Origin: Savitreella phatthalungensis
Lineage: Eukaryota
Direction: 5' to 3'
Assembly: GCA_051599415.1 (NCBI GenBank)
Contig: AP039708.1
Location: 62,001 to 126,000 of the forward strand
DNA length: 64,000 nt
In this document: positions 22,911 to 33,550 of the stretch, one piece after another
Layout of the letters: each line of letters opens with the position of its first letter
Numbering within the stretch: the stretch's first letter is position 1
Position numbers and translations under genes: made by a program
Notes under the pieces: generated by a model
Databases searched by the model: none
What the model saw: only the letters and a program-made list of their open reading frames with translations
Told to the model about the DNA's origin: nothing

Positions 22911-23218
22911 CCTATCGATAGGAGGAGGAGGACTGAGGAGAGGGATACTTGTAGGCTGTGTGTATTTTGTGATGGTTGTGCGCGTCGAGTGTGGATACGT
23001 GCTGGCGATTTCGGAAAATTTGTGGCGCACACTCGAGAGATACACAGCGTAATGAGCACATGCACAAAAAGGCCCGACCGAGAGAGCTCACAGACGATCG
23101 GACCCACACGTACACCAACATGTACACACCATCAGGACGATCAATAGACTATCTGACTTTTCTTTCTCAAAGTTTGGTCGGGAAGGCCGTCTTTTGCTAT
23201 CGGATTTGATGGCTGAAT

Positions 23219-23758
23219 TTATCCGAGCTTGGCCTTGAGAGACTCGACGAGTTCGATGTACTCTCTCTGTGCATCCTCCTGTGACTTTCCCTTGAGCTTG
23301 TTCCAGGCTAGATGGCGGGAGTGGTCAGCTTCGTGGATCTGATAGTACTCGCGACCACAAGAGACTTACCATCCCACTTGTACTTGTCCTTCAGGTTGAA
23401 CATGCCAGGCTTTGGCGTCTCGTTGTCGCCTACGGTCGCCTGCTTGAACAGTCCGTAGAGCTGGAGGGAGAAGGTGTGTCAGAATTGTGTGATGTGTCGG
23501 AAGAATCAGGGAGCTAGGAGGTCACGTACACGAAGGAGCTCGTCATCGGACGGCTTCGTCTTGAGGTTCTTGACCTGTTCAATCGTGTCAGTCTTCAACG
23601 TCGCTCTCGGTGCGGATAATCAGGCTGCTCGAGAAGGTGTCTCCGTTAGCGCACGCTGATGGGCGCACAAGTACAGAGAAATGGAGTATCGAGGAGATGA
23701 TTGATCTGATAATGGGCCTTACCTCTTCAGCGGCCTTGTCAAAGTCTGCCTTGCTCAT
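23219..23758 (-). CDS. ACB1: Acyl-CoA-binding protein, 86 aa, 4 exons (23758-23723, 23574-23530, 23460-23370, 23307-23219)
   Basis: Manual splicing at GTAAGG, GTACGT and GTAAGT donors with YAG acceptors gives [86 protein letters not shown]. The ORF track misses it. Confidence 0.95.
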
Positions 23759-24084
23759 TGTGTTCTGTGGAGTGTTGCTGTTTGTCGCTAGTGAAGTCTG
23801 CAGGTAATCTGAACAGAGGTGCGCTCGTTTGTCTCTTGACTCAGGAGAATAAGCGCAAGGATGGAGAGATGGTTGTGAGGATGGAGTGTAAGGTGATTGA
23901 GTGATTGAGTGAGTGTGTGTGAGAGTTGCGTGCGCGTGGTGGGTGGGATTGTAGCGGAGTAACCCGAGTGAGTGGATGAGTGCGATTGAGTGATTCAGGT
24001 TATCGGATTGAGTGATTGAGTGAGTGATTGAATGATCAATACTGTTGAAAGCGTTTTGTCCAAATGACGCACTTTGTGGCGCAG

Positions 24085-24096
24085 ATTTCACGTGAT
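24085..24096. promoter_or_regulatory. bHLH E-box (ATTTCACGTGAT) upstream of ACB1
   Basis: Palindromic TCACGTGA about 330 bp upstream of the ACB1 ATG; the reverse complement CACGTGAAAT is one mismatch from UAS-INO (CATGTGAAAT). Confidence 0.35.
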
Positions 24097-24498
24097 TATC
24101 CTGGTTCCAACTCTATAGAAGATCTGGACAGTGCAATCTGCCCACGAGGACAGTCGAGTAATGTACGTACTCAAGAGAGTCTCGAGTCTGAAGTGCAAGG
24201 AGATAGACGTAGATTGTTACAAGTCACTTGGTTGGGCACAGACACATCAGACTGCAACGCTATGCCTTACACTATGCACAAGAGATGGTGGGAAAAGAGG
24301 GAGAGAAAGAGGGGTGTGAATGAAGTGAACGGGTGAGCGAACGGATGAGTGTATCGATAAGCCAGTGAATGAGATGGCTTGCCTTCAGACAAAGCATGAG
24401 CCTGCAGCGATGTGCTGCAATAGAGAAGAACTTTGATGATGAGGTGACTTTCATATAGCGAGTTGCAACTGGTTAGATTGCGAGGACGAGATTTGCCA

Positions 24499-25998
24499 TC
24501 ATCCACGGCGAGCAATCTGCCTGAGAATGTCCATCGTTCCCACACCTTGTGAGCGGGATTCTGCGCGTGCTTGCTGCTCTGCTTCCGCGATCGCCTTGGC
24601 TGCAGTCGAGAGCACGTTCGAGGAGTCTCGATCGGCTTGCCGCACGACCTGCTCGACTGCGTGGAGTGAATGCAGCAATGAATCCACCTTGAACTCCAAC
24701 TCCTTTTCTGCATTCATCAACCAGTCATTGTCAAAGCTAGACGCCTCACCAGCGCCAGATCCTCCGGACATGTCTCCACTCGCCACAGCGTTCACACCTT
24801 CCTGCCACCGACGAAGCGACAGCTGATGCATAAACTCAGCCTCACCTGCGGGCAGAAGATCCAGATCGATATCCTCGATCGATGAGGTCTGAACTTGGTT
24901 GGTGGTGCTCTTGGCAAACCGCTCCGCAGGAATGCTCGCGGCTGACGGAGCCTCCAGGGCAACTGGCTCTTCTGGAATCTCGCTCGTGTGCTCTTTCAAA
25001 AGACGTTCCCAAACAGCCTCTTCGTCCTTGAGGGCGGCCAGCTTCTGACGAAGCTCCTCAAGCTTCTCTGCATTAGCTGTGTTCTTCGGATGTGGCTTCT
25101 TCTCGACAAGCTGCTGTTGCTGCTGCTGGTCGTCTGGACGCTGGTACCAACTCGTTGTAATCTTGTTGTCAAGCAGATCCTTCAACACCTCCTCTTCAAT
25201 CAGTCGCGCGATTGCTGCCACCTGGATCTTATCTCCAGCTGCTGCTTTACCACCGGCGCCTGTACCTGCCCCTGTATCATCCGTTTTTCGAGCTTTATTC
25301 TCGTCAATCACGCGCTGAGCACACCAGGTCAGCAGCTGCTTCATTCGCACAGGATCTGGCAAGTCGACCGAGATGTGCTTGTAGAATTCACCCGCCGGGA
25401 CATCCGCATGCGGTTGACTCGCCAGCCCATTCCCCATCGAACTTGCTCTCCGTCCGCGCATTCCTAAGGAGGATCTTCTCTTGCCAGTCTCTTGCTGAGC
25501 ACTGCCACCGGCAGCCATATCCCGCCGCAGCTGCTGGTTCTTCCGAATGATCGGCGTGTCGCTCAAAGGGAGAGCCACAAAGCTGTCTGAACCGCTCGCC
25601 ATGTTCTCAGTCTCGAGCTTCCGTCCGATTCTGCCGGTATCGCGTGGCGTGGCAGCCGGCATAGAAGGCAATCTCGGTCCATTGTCCATTGTTCGATGCA
25701 GCCTTGGGGAGACGCGTTTTGCCGGCACTGGAGCTGCAACCTTGGTCGATGCTGCGGTCGTCGTCGTTGCCGTCGTCGCGGAATGCGTGCCAATTTGCTT
25801 CGCAGCTGGACCAACGACAGGTCTGGACGCTTGTACAGGCCGCACGAAGGCAAATCCAGCATCGTCCTCCTCGTCCGAGTGGGTGTTGCGCTTTGCGGTC
25901 GGTCTCGAGCCAGCTTTCAGCTTCTTGTGCTGAAGACCGTCTGTGGCTGAAGCCTCATCGATATCATGGCCGGCCTTGCGCTTATTGACGCGCGACAT
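24499..25998 (-). CDS. DSN1: Kinetochore MIND/Mis12 complex subunit Dsn1/Mis13
   Basis: LPLSDTPIIRKNQ, RRSSLGMRGRRASS (Aurora-site motif), PHADVP..EFYKHIS.DLPDPVRMKQLLTWC, and LEFKVD.L. Confidence 0.9.
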   Translation of the reverse strand: MSRVNKRKAGHDIDEASATDGLQHKKLKAGSRPTAKRNTHSDEEDDAGFAFVRPVQASRPVVGPAAKQIGTHSATTATTTTAASTKVAAPVPAKRVSPRLHRTMDNGPRLPSMPAATPRDTGRIGRKLETENMASGSDSFVALPLSDTPIIRKNQQLRRDMAAGGSAQQETGKRRSSLGMRGRRASSMGNGLASQPHADVPAGEFYKHISVDLPDPVRMKQLLTWCAQRVIDENKARKTDDTGAGTGAGGKAAAGDKIQVAAIARLIEEEVLKDLLDNKITTSWYQRPDDQQQQQQLVEKKPHPKNTANAEKLEELRQKLAALKDEEAVWERLLKEHTSEIPEEPVALEAPSAASIPAERFAKSTTNQVQTSSIEDIDLDLLPAGEAEFMHQLSLRRWQEGVNAVASGDMSGGSGAGEASSFDNDWLMNAEKELEFKVDSLLHSLHAVEQVVRQADRDSSNVLSTAAKAIAEAEQQARAESRSQGVGTMDILRQIARRG

Positions 25999-26665
25999 GG
26001 CCGTGTGGGAGAAAGCGGTCGTTACTGTTGAGGTCGGTATGATGGGCTAAAGTGATGTCGCGCTCGCGTCAAGCAAGTCTAAATACAGATAGAGAGAATC
26101 TCAGGCAATTAAAGTACTCCTATCAAAGGACTTGCTGCTGCTAGGTCGGACAGTCTGCGAGTGACAGGAGGGGCTTGCCCTGTGCGGTGACTGTGGAGTG
26201 GTGCAGTAGTATGGTGTGGTGCTGTGGTGCTGTGGTGCTGTGGTGCTGAGTTGCGTTGTTGTTTTGGTTGACGCGCGATTGAACCCGTGCTCCGCTCACT
26301 CAAACGATTCTCGTGTATGGATTTTGTGCATTCAAGGAAAAGAAAAAAGAAAACAAAGTACAAGTTTATCAAATTTCTCACCAATTGTAACAAAATTCAA
26401 GCAGAATCAATAGAACTAACTGTTATTCACATAATTCAGCTCAACTTTTCATTTGATGTAGTATTATACATGTTCAATTTAAGCGAGAGACAGAAGGTAA
26501 CAAGCAGCTCGGATGCACGAAATACTTCCTACAACCATTTCTACCACTGATTCAGTGTACCATCAACCTCAGGCTCCTACAAGACTCTCTCGTTCCTTCT
26601 GGTGTGACTCCTCGTTCTTTAGGTAGAACATCATAGCGCTGTGCTGACAGATAACTCCTCAAATC

Positions 26666-27488
26666 ATGTCTGAGGACGAGTCGCTGGGACTAGATATGTT
26701 CCAGGAAGAGGAAACACCCGTACCTGATCCTGTGTTTCAATTATTCACACGAATGGATGGTGGCGAGCTCTCCATCAGATTAGTCCATCACTCTCCGCTA
26801 TGGGGACATCTTCTGTGGTCTGCTGGAAAGATCCTTGCAAACTATCTGGACTCACATCAGGAATTATATCGAGATAAAAACGTGCTCGAGCTTGGTGCTG
26901 CAGGTGCTTTGCCTTCTCTGATCTGTGCTTACAACGGCGCCAAGACAATCGTCGCTACGGACTACCCGGATCCTGATCTCATACAAAATATCGACCACAA
27001 TCTGAATCACAGTGGCGAGCCTTCAGGGTTGACGCTTGATCGATCAAAAGCTCATGCATGTGGCTACATCTGGGGAAGAGACGTCCAGGAGCTGCTGAGT
27101 CTCGCACACGGAGACAAATATGACTTGCTGATTCTATCCGACCTCGTCTTCAACCATCAGGCACATCGTGACCTGCTCAAGACATGCAGGAACACGCTAG
27201 CTGACCGTGCTGATGCACAGGCCTTGGTCTTCTTTACCCATCATCGACCCCACCTCGCTCACAAGGACATGGCATTCTTCGATCTCGCAAGAGACGAATT
27301 TGATTTCACAGTTGAGCACATCATTGAGGATAAGGCTGACGCAAATGTCATGTTTGAAGAGGGTAAGCTATTGACTTTTCAGCACCAGATCGCCAGACTG
27401 ACAAACAGATCCCGGTTCGAGAGATGTCCGCGCGACAGTCCATGGCTTCCGACTATCCTTAGGCAAGAGTTCTGCGGAGGAAAGCTGA
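26666..27488 (+). CDS. EFM7: Protein N-terminal/lysine N-methyltransferase Efm7 (Nnt1); one intron 27363-27408
   Basis: LWGHLLW, VLELGAAGALPS, TDYPD and LSDLVFNH. Splicing GTAAGC..CTGAC..CAG restores the family-typical end MFEEDPGSRDVRATVHGFRL with TGA at 27486-27488. Confidence 0.92.
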
Positions 27489-27726
27489 AGCTGAAAGACG
27501 TCGACTCAGGCTTCCTCCCACCGGTGCAGAAGTGCTGTGTCATGCGTCTTTGCTACCCGGAAGCATGCGCTCTTGTATCAGTGCCGCATTTTTGTGGAGC
27601 CGGTGATTTTTTCACGACGTCAGAAAGATCACCAAACCTAAATCTCAAAGAGACATATATTGTACGACGGCACCCTAAGCATTGGGCATTCCAGCCATAC
27701 TTCTGAGGCTCTTCACAAGGACACTG

Positions 27727-28971
27727 ATGGGACGTTCAACGCGTCCAGTGAGCTATAGAGAAAGCTCTTCGGAGAGTGAACCCCCTGCAATCAGCACGGT
27801 TAAGCGGGAAGTTGACGATGATGGCGAATGGACCATCGACCGGACAGAGACAACCACGGTCTCGACGTCGACCAAAAAGCGGCGTGCCACACGAATCAAG
27901 ACAGAAGCAACCACGGTCATCTCACCAAGTCGAGCTCGAGTAAAGTCTGAGCCTCAGACTCCGGAGGGTATCACTCCTCGCCGAACTCCTCGTAGATCAA
28001 CGCCGCGAAGCACGACCCTCTCGGATGCCGTTGTCAAGCCTGGAGATGTCGACATTGAGGATCTGCCGATACGACCTCCCGAGGATTGGGAAGAGGTCTA
28101 CGAGTTGCTGCGAACTCAGCGGAGGAATGGTCCTCTGGCTCCGGTAGACACGATGGGCTGTGACGCACACGTGCTGGCCCAGCAGGATCCCAAGGTAGGC
28201 CGTCTGCACAACCTAGTCTCGCTCGTTCTCTCCTCTCAGACGAAGGACACGATCAACGCAATCGCCATGACAAAGCTGAAAACGCACCTGCCTGGTGGCC
28301 TAACAGTCCAGTCGCTGCTCGACTGTCCGGCAGAGGAGCTGAACAAGCTGATCTACCCTGTTGGCTTCCACAATCGAAAGACGATCTATCTGAACCAGAT
28401 TGCTCAGATCCTGCGTGACGACTACGAGGACGACATCCCCAGAACACTGGAAGGTCTTCTGGCGCTGCCTGGTGTAGGCCCGAAGATGGCCTACCTGTGT
28501 CTGAACTCGACTGGTGACGGGACTGCGCACGGGATCGGTGTGGACGTGCACGTCCACCGGATAGCCAACATGTTCAACTGGACATCGTCCCCACCGCACA
28601 CCTACAAGACGCACACGCCCGAGAAGACCCGGCTTGCGCTCGAGTCGTGGCTGCCTCGTGATCGGTGGGGTGAGATCAACCACCTGCTCGTCGGCCTTGG
28701 TCAGACGGTATGCTTACCGCGTGGCCGAAGGTGCTGGGAATGTCTGCTAGGCAAGCAAGCCAAATGTCCTGCCGCTCTCGAAGGCGCCCACCTAGGTCAA
28801 CCTCCGCCAGGATACCGTGGTCGCAAGACCCCCGTCAAATCATCAGATCCCGATCCCCACAACGACTCTCCACAACAACAGCACCCGCTAGAACAACTCG
28901 AGGCTATCAAGCAAGAGCTCGAGGACGAAGAGGCGGCCGAGTTAAGCGTCCGATCACCGTACTTCAAATAG
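27727..28971 (+). CDS. NTH1: Endonuclease III homolog (DNA glycosylase/AP lyase)
   Basis: APVDTMGC, LSSQTKD, HhH motif LPGVGPKMA, GIGVDVHVHRI and a 4Fe-4S motif CxxxxxxCxxCxxxxxxxC; first ATG at 27727. Confidence 0.95.
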   Translation: MGRSTRPVSYRESSSESEPPAISTVKREVDDDGEWTIDRTETTTVSTSTKKRRATRIKTEATTVISPSRARVKSEPQTPEGITPRRTPRRSTPRSTTLSDAVVKPGDVDIEDLPIRPPEDWEEVYELLRTQRRNGPLAPVDTMGCDAHVLAQQDPKVGRLHNLVSLVLSSQTKDTINAIAMTKLKTHLPGGLTVQSLLDCPAEELNKLIYPVGFHNRKTIYLNQIAQILRDDYEDDIPRTLEGLLALPGVGPKMAYLCLNSTGDGTAHGIGVDVHVHRIANMFNWTSSPPHTYKTHTPEKTRLALESWLPRDRWGEINHLLVGLGQTVCLPRGRRCWECLLGKQAKCPAALEGAHLGQPPPGYRGRKTPVKSSDPDPHNDSPQQQHPLEQLEAIKQELEDEEAAELSVRSPYFK

Positions 28972-29092
28972 CACCGTTCCTCAGACCAGGTAGAAAACTG
29001 TACATGACATTGATATAAGAAAGGAAACACGGGTTGACGAGGACAATAGAAGTCACTGTGACTAGCTAAACCGAACCGAACGACGTATCCCC

Positions 29093-30490
29093 TCAGGGTC
29101 TGTCGAGGTAGTCCTTTGATTCAGCGGCCTCGTACTCGTCGATGAGTGTGTAGAGGACTTCCCTTGCGTCGTCGAACTCGTCTAGTGAGTCTTCGAAGAT
29201 TGGGAACTTGCGGTACTGGTCGAGGAAAGCGTTGCGCTTTCTGAGCTGGGTGTACTGGTCGAGTGTGCGCTTTAGGAGTGATGCCATGGAGGTGTGGTTG
29301 GCGAGCATGAGGCCGGACACCTTGTGCGGGTAGTTCAGGTACGGTGATCTCCGGGTCAGCGCTACCTGGATCGACGCTGGGCCCCAAGGGATGAACGACG
29401 CCAGCCGGCGTTCCCGGATCCGGAGGAGCGACTTGTGCACGTCCACAGGATCAGCCTCGCCTGCAATGATGTTGAGCACGCTGATGTAGCACGACCGCTT
29501 CCCACCAACCGCCTGGATCATCCGAGACTTGGGCTGGAGCAGTCGACGCATGACATCCAGCACCGTCGTCTTTCTTACGGCTGCGTTGATGGGCCGATCG
29601 AGAGCGGTGCCTGCGGCCGCCTTTGCGTGGAGTTCGAGGTCGGACGCGTCGTCGGCGGCGGTGAAGGGGGTGTAGGCTGTCATGAGGTAGTGGCATCTGG
29701 GTGTGGGAACGAGGGATGCAACGATGCCGACCATGTCGTTGTTCATGTACCCTGGGTATCTGAGTGTCTGGGTGGAGGCTGCCATGACCGTCGCCACCAG
29801 TTGGTTCGTCTGCCGGAACGTCGGGTTCGGCACGTGGAGTCTGTCGGCGGCGATCCGGGTGAGGGCGGCGTTGTCGAGGACGACGACGGCGTCCGCGTTC
29901 TGCGTCAACCGCTTCAGCGCCAGCACGCTGTTGTACGGCTGGACGACCACGTCCGACTGCCCGCCGCTGTTGGCAGGAAACACGCTAGACGTCTGCACCA
30001 GCTTCTTCGGGTACCGGTCGTTCAGCCGCTCCAGCAGGAACGACCCTAGACCGGAGCCCGTGCCACCGGCGATCGAGTGCAGCATCGAGAAGCCTTCGAG
30101 CGAGTCGCTCCCTTCTGCCTCTCGGTCGATCATGTCGAGGATGTCGTCTGCGCTCCGCTCGCCCTGCGCGTATCCGTTTGCCCAGATGTTGCCTGCGCCT
30201 CCTCCGTCCGTGGACGTGTAGATATTCTCGGCGTTGAAGATCCCACCATACGCGCCGTTCCTGATGGTCTCGAGCACGCGTGGCTCGAGGTCGACGAGGA
30301 CTGCTCGTGGCACGTACCGCGTGTCGTCTGCCTGGTAGAAGAACACATCCTTCCGATCGCCGCCTTCTGTCGCGTGCTCAGCCAGATTCCCATCCTGGTT
30401 GATCCCATGCTCTAGACATAGCTGCTGCCAGAACTGTGAGCCGATCTGGTTGCCGCACTGACCGGCCTGCACGGTGATGATCTCCCGCAT
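29093..30490 (-). CDS. TUB4: Gamma-tubulin (intronless)
   Basis: [49 protein letters not shown] and [13 protein letters not shown]. Confidence 0.97.
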   Translation of the reverse strand: MREIITVQAGQCGNQIGSQFWQQLCLEHGINQDGNLAEHATEGGDRKDVFFYQADDTRYVPRAVLVDLEPRVLETIRNGAYGGIFNAENIYTSTDGGGAGNIWANGYAQGERSADDILDMIDREAEGSDSLEGFSMLHSIAGGTGSGLGSFLLERLNDRYPKKLVQTSSVFPANSGGQSDVVVQPYNSVLALKRLTQNADAVVVLDNAALTRIAADRLHVPNPTFRQTNQLVATVMAASTQTLRYPGYMNNDMVGIVASLVPTPRCHYLMTAYTPFTAADDASDLELHAKAAAGTALDRPINAAVRKTTVLDVMRRLLQPKSRMIQAVGGKRSCYISVLNIIAGEADPVDVHKSLLRIRERRLASFIPWGPASIQVALTRRSPYLNYPHKVSGLMLANHTSMASLLKRTLDQYTQLRKRNAFLDQYRKFPIFEDSLDEFDDAREVLYTLIDEYEAAESKDYLDRP

Positions 30491-30883
30491 CCTCCGCTAG
30501 ATGCCCGATTCAACTGCTTCACTTCCGATCGATGTCTAGGTGCACACGTCCAGGTGCTAGTCGGTCACTTTCGATATAGGAGCTCTGTGAGGCTCAGGGA
30601 GTAGCGCGCGCTTCGTGTAGAATAATTCCAAGTGGCTTGACTGGAGGCCGACGTCTTGTACCCTGGCGCTTTCTGTGACAGGCGTTCTGCTGCTGCCTGT
30701 GCAATGAATGACAATGTTTTGATGAAAAGATGCGCGTGCTTGCCCGACAGAAAGCCAAATTTCGCGACACAATCAAATGCACGATTGAATCACAAACAGT
30801 TTACACCTTCAAAAGTCTAAAGTCATTATCATAGTGTGTTGTGGGATGCTCAAGGCTAAGTGCTCGAGTGAGGTTAGTATCCA

Positions 30884-33550
30884 TCAGAAGCGACGGTATT
30901 CGTCGCTACGCTGCTGTTGCTGCTGCTGTTGCTGCTGCTGTTGCTGCTGCTGTTGCTGCTGCTGTTGCTGCTGCTGCTGATGTCTGCCGCTATTGTACTG
31001 CTGACGCGTGTCTGTATAATCGTTGTGGTGGAGGTGTAGATTTGGACGGCATTGGGTGTGCCATCGCCGATCGCCTTCCGCGATACAGGCTCCCTCGATT
31101 GCTGCACCGCACTCGACGCACAGGGAGTTTGTCGCCTGATGGTAGTGTAGCTTGCAGAGTGGTCTGTCTTGGTGGACGTAGAATTCGCCGAGTGGGAAAG
31201 GAGCTCTGCATGCAAAACACACAAAGCAGTTGCGGTGGAAACGACCAGAGAGCTTGCCGTCTTTGGACGATAGCGACTTGCCAACAATCACCTCACCGCA
31301 ACCGCGACAGGAGTGCTTCTGCTTGCTCACCGTACCAGCGGGACCCGCTGAAGCAGCGACGGTCTGCTTCTTCGACCCTGAGGTAGAGCCTGGGAGTAGA
31401 TCGTCGTCAGAGGCGCGTGATGCTGCTCCCGATCGAATCGTACTTTTCGAGTGGAGACTGGCAGGCGATCCTAGACGCTTGGGCGGCAGCAATGTGTAGG
31501 ATGGCTGTACGGGCTCTGGTTTCGAGGACTGATGCTGAACCGGCGAATAGTTGCTCGATGGGGAGTCACTACCGCCTTGGAGCTGCGCGTGACTGGGCGG
31601 CGGCTGTAGAGTCTCGCTCAGGTCTGCCACCAGCCTGTCAAAGCTGCCGGTGGTTTCGGATCTCGGCAAGCTCTGCAACTTATCCGCTTGCGCAGGCGGG
31701 GCGATAGCGTGCTTCTGATGCAGTTTGACCTGGTCACGCGCACGGGGTGTCCTTCCACTATCCTCATCAAATGCAAAAGCACCGGCTCGCGGGGTATCTT
31801 CCAGATCGTCACGATCTAAGCGAGAGCCACCTGTGGGGGGAACAGAGTCCGGACCAAAGCGACCATATGGATCGTCGGCTGTGCGAGGTCGAATCTCAGC
31901 CATGTACTCCTGTCGCTGCTGCTGCTGCTGCTGCTGTCGTTGCCGATCCTGCGTTGTGTATTGCGGCTGTTGGCGCTGCTGAGGTTGCGCGTGGGGCGGT
32001 CGGTGGATTGGTTGTCTAGGATTGGTGGTCCTGCCTTCAGACGAGGTGGATGGCCTGCTACTTTGGCTTGAGGCCGCTTGTCGATGGCGAGCGTTCCACT
32101 CGTCGAAGCGCATGGCTTGCGGTGGATGAGTCGGACGACGCATGCTTTCGAAAGACCGAGCTGTGTGCTGCGATGAGGCTGAACGTTGACTTCCTCGTGA
32201 CGATGCGCGAGCTTGAGATATGGTTTGATTTGGCTCCTGCCGCCGGACTGGTTGAACGATGATCGCATCGTCGTCCCCATCCGACCAGTCACCCTCGCGT
32301 GTAATCTGCTGCCGCCGACCGTTATTGCCTGGCTTTCGCATGCTAGGCAGTGCTTCTGGCGCAATGAACATATCGGCGTCCAGACGCGAGCTGACTCCGG
32401 CCTCGCCGTATGGGCCAGATGCCATAGTGAGGGAGGAGATAAGCTGCTCATTGAATCGCTGACCGCCGTGGGGAGCGCCTACAACCGCGGGCATTGGCGG
32501 CCGACGATTGTTGCCGACGCGTAGAGGTACAATGGTCCTGCGATTATCGTCTCGCGGAGCAAGGATCTGGCCTGTACGTCCTTCGCGTGGATAGTGACGC
32601 TGCCCGTATTTGCCGGCTTGTTGCTCACCATCCAGAACACCACGCTTGATTGTGTCCAGCCGGCCAAGTACTCCCGCTGCAGCAGCAAAATCGGTGGATG
32701 ATGCCAGGGACGTCTGCGTCGAATGTGTCCTGACGGTCAACCTGTCCTGCTCAGTGTCAGACGCCGTAGCTGAACTGCTCGTCAGGTACGAGTTGTGTGC
32801 TCCTTGTCTATGCCGTGATGAAAGATCGCAAGTGTTATCGTGAATGAGGGATGGATTTACAGTTGTGTTGCCGCTTGATGTGAGACCATTTTGGAGCATT
32901 CCTGAGGGATCACCACGCGTTCCCGTGTTCGCATTTGTGTCAGGCGCAGCAGAGCCCGTTGTGGTAGAGCGAGGATGAAGTGGTGCTCCTGATGCTGCTG
33001 AACCCTGTATTGCTTCCAAATTGTTGTTTGAGTCTAATGTTGCCGAATAACCGAATTTCGCCTTGGCCAGATTGAAAATCTCGTCGACTCTTCCTGTCAC
33101 AAGCGATTTTCCTCCTTTGGCAATTCCAACCTGGTTTGAAAGGGGTGCAGGTTGCCTCATGGCTGCAGCTGCGCCTGTGTTTGTTCCTGCCCTTGCTCCT
33201 GATGTTACTGCTGCTGTTGGAAAGCGGTGCTCGTAGTCATTAGAAGAAGCATTTCCGAGTGGATAGTGTGAGCGATCCCTGCTACTATCGGATTGGTTTC
33301 TGTACGCCCGGTCATCGTGATGCAGTCGACCATAGGGCTGCTGCTGATGGGTAAAGTTGCGATCATTCGTCTCATCGATGGGTTCCAGCCCCGATGAATT
33401 GTTCCCGCCATCGCCAGTCCTGCGTGCGGGCGCGCTCTTCTGGACGACTGCACCACAGACATGCAGCTCAAGTTCGTCTATCCGCGTAGGCCTGCCGCAC
33501 CGCGTGCAGCGGATGGTCGGCAGGACCTGTGAGATGCGCAAGTCCGTCAT
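30884..33550 (-). CDS. Paxillin-like LIM-domain protein (Pxl1-like)
   Basis: 888 aa; N-terminal CTRC..HVC zinc motif, disordered middle, C-terminal LIM (CRGC...FHRNCFVCFAC...CKLHYH), then a partial second LIM and polyQ. Confidence 0.85.
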   Translation of the reverse strand: MTDLRISQVLPTIRCTRCGRPTRIDELELHVCGAVVQKSAPARRTGDGGNNSSGLEPIDETNDRNFTHQQQPYGRLHHDDRAYRNQSDSSRDRSHYPLGNASSNDYEHRFPTAAVTSGARAGTNTGAAAAMRQPAPLSNQVGIAKGGKSLVTGRVDEIFNLAKAKFGYSATLDSNNNLEAIQGSAASGAPLHPRSTTTGSAAPDTNANTGTRGDPSGMLQNGLTSSGNTTVNPSLIHDNTCDLSSRHRQGAHNSYLTSSSATASDTEQDRLTVRTHSTQTSLASSTDFAAAAGVLGRLDTIKRGVLDGEQQAGKYGQRHYPREGRTGQILAPRDDNRRTIVPLRVGNNRRPPMPAVVGAPHGGQRFNEQLISSLTMASGPYGEAGVSSRLDADMFIAPEALPSMRKPGNNGRRQQITREGDWSDGDDDAIIVQPVRRQEPNQTISQARASSRGSQRSASSQHTARSFESMRRPTHPPQAMRFDEWNARHRQAASSQSSRPSTSSEGRTTNPRQPIHRPPHAQPQQRQQPQYTTQDRQRQQQQQQQRQEYMAEIRPRTADDPYGRFGPDSVPPTGGSRLDRDDLEDTPRAGAFAFDEDSGRTPRARDQVKLHQKHAIAPPAQADKLQSLPRSETTGSFDRLVADLSETLQPPPSHAQLQGGSDSPSSNYSPVQHQSSKPEPVQPSYTLLPPKRLGSPASLHSKSTIRSGAASRASDDDLLPGSTSGSKKQTVAASAGPAGTVSKQKHSCRGCGEVIVGKSLSSKDGKLSGRFHRNCFVCFACRAPFPLGEFYVHQDRPLCKLHYHQATNSLCVECGAAIEGACIAEGDRRWHTQCRPNLHLHHNDYTDTRQQYNSGRHQQQQQQQQQQQQQQQQQQQQQQQRSDEYRRF

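Noticed and set aside
27363..27706. Unspliced extension of the EFM7 ORF overlapping the NTH1 ORF-track start
   Set aside because: A canonical intron at 27363-27408 restores the conserved C-terminus and stops at 27488; the first ATG of NTH1 is at 27727, so there is no real overlap
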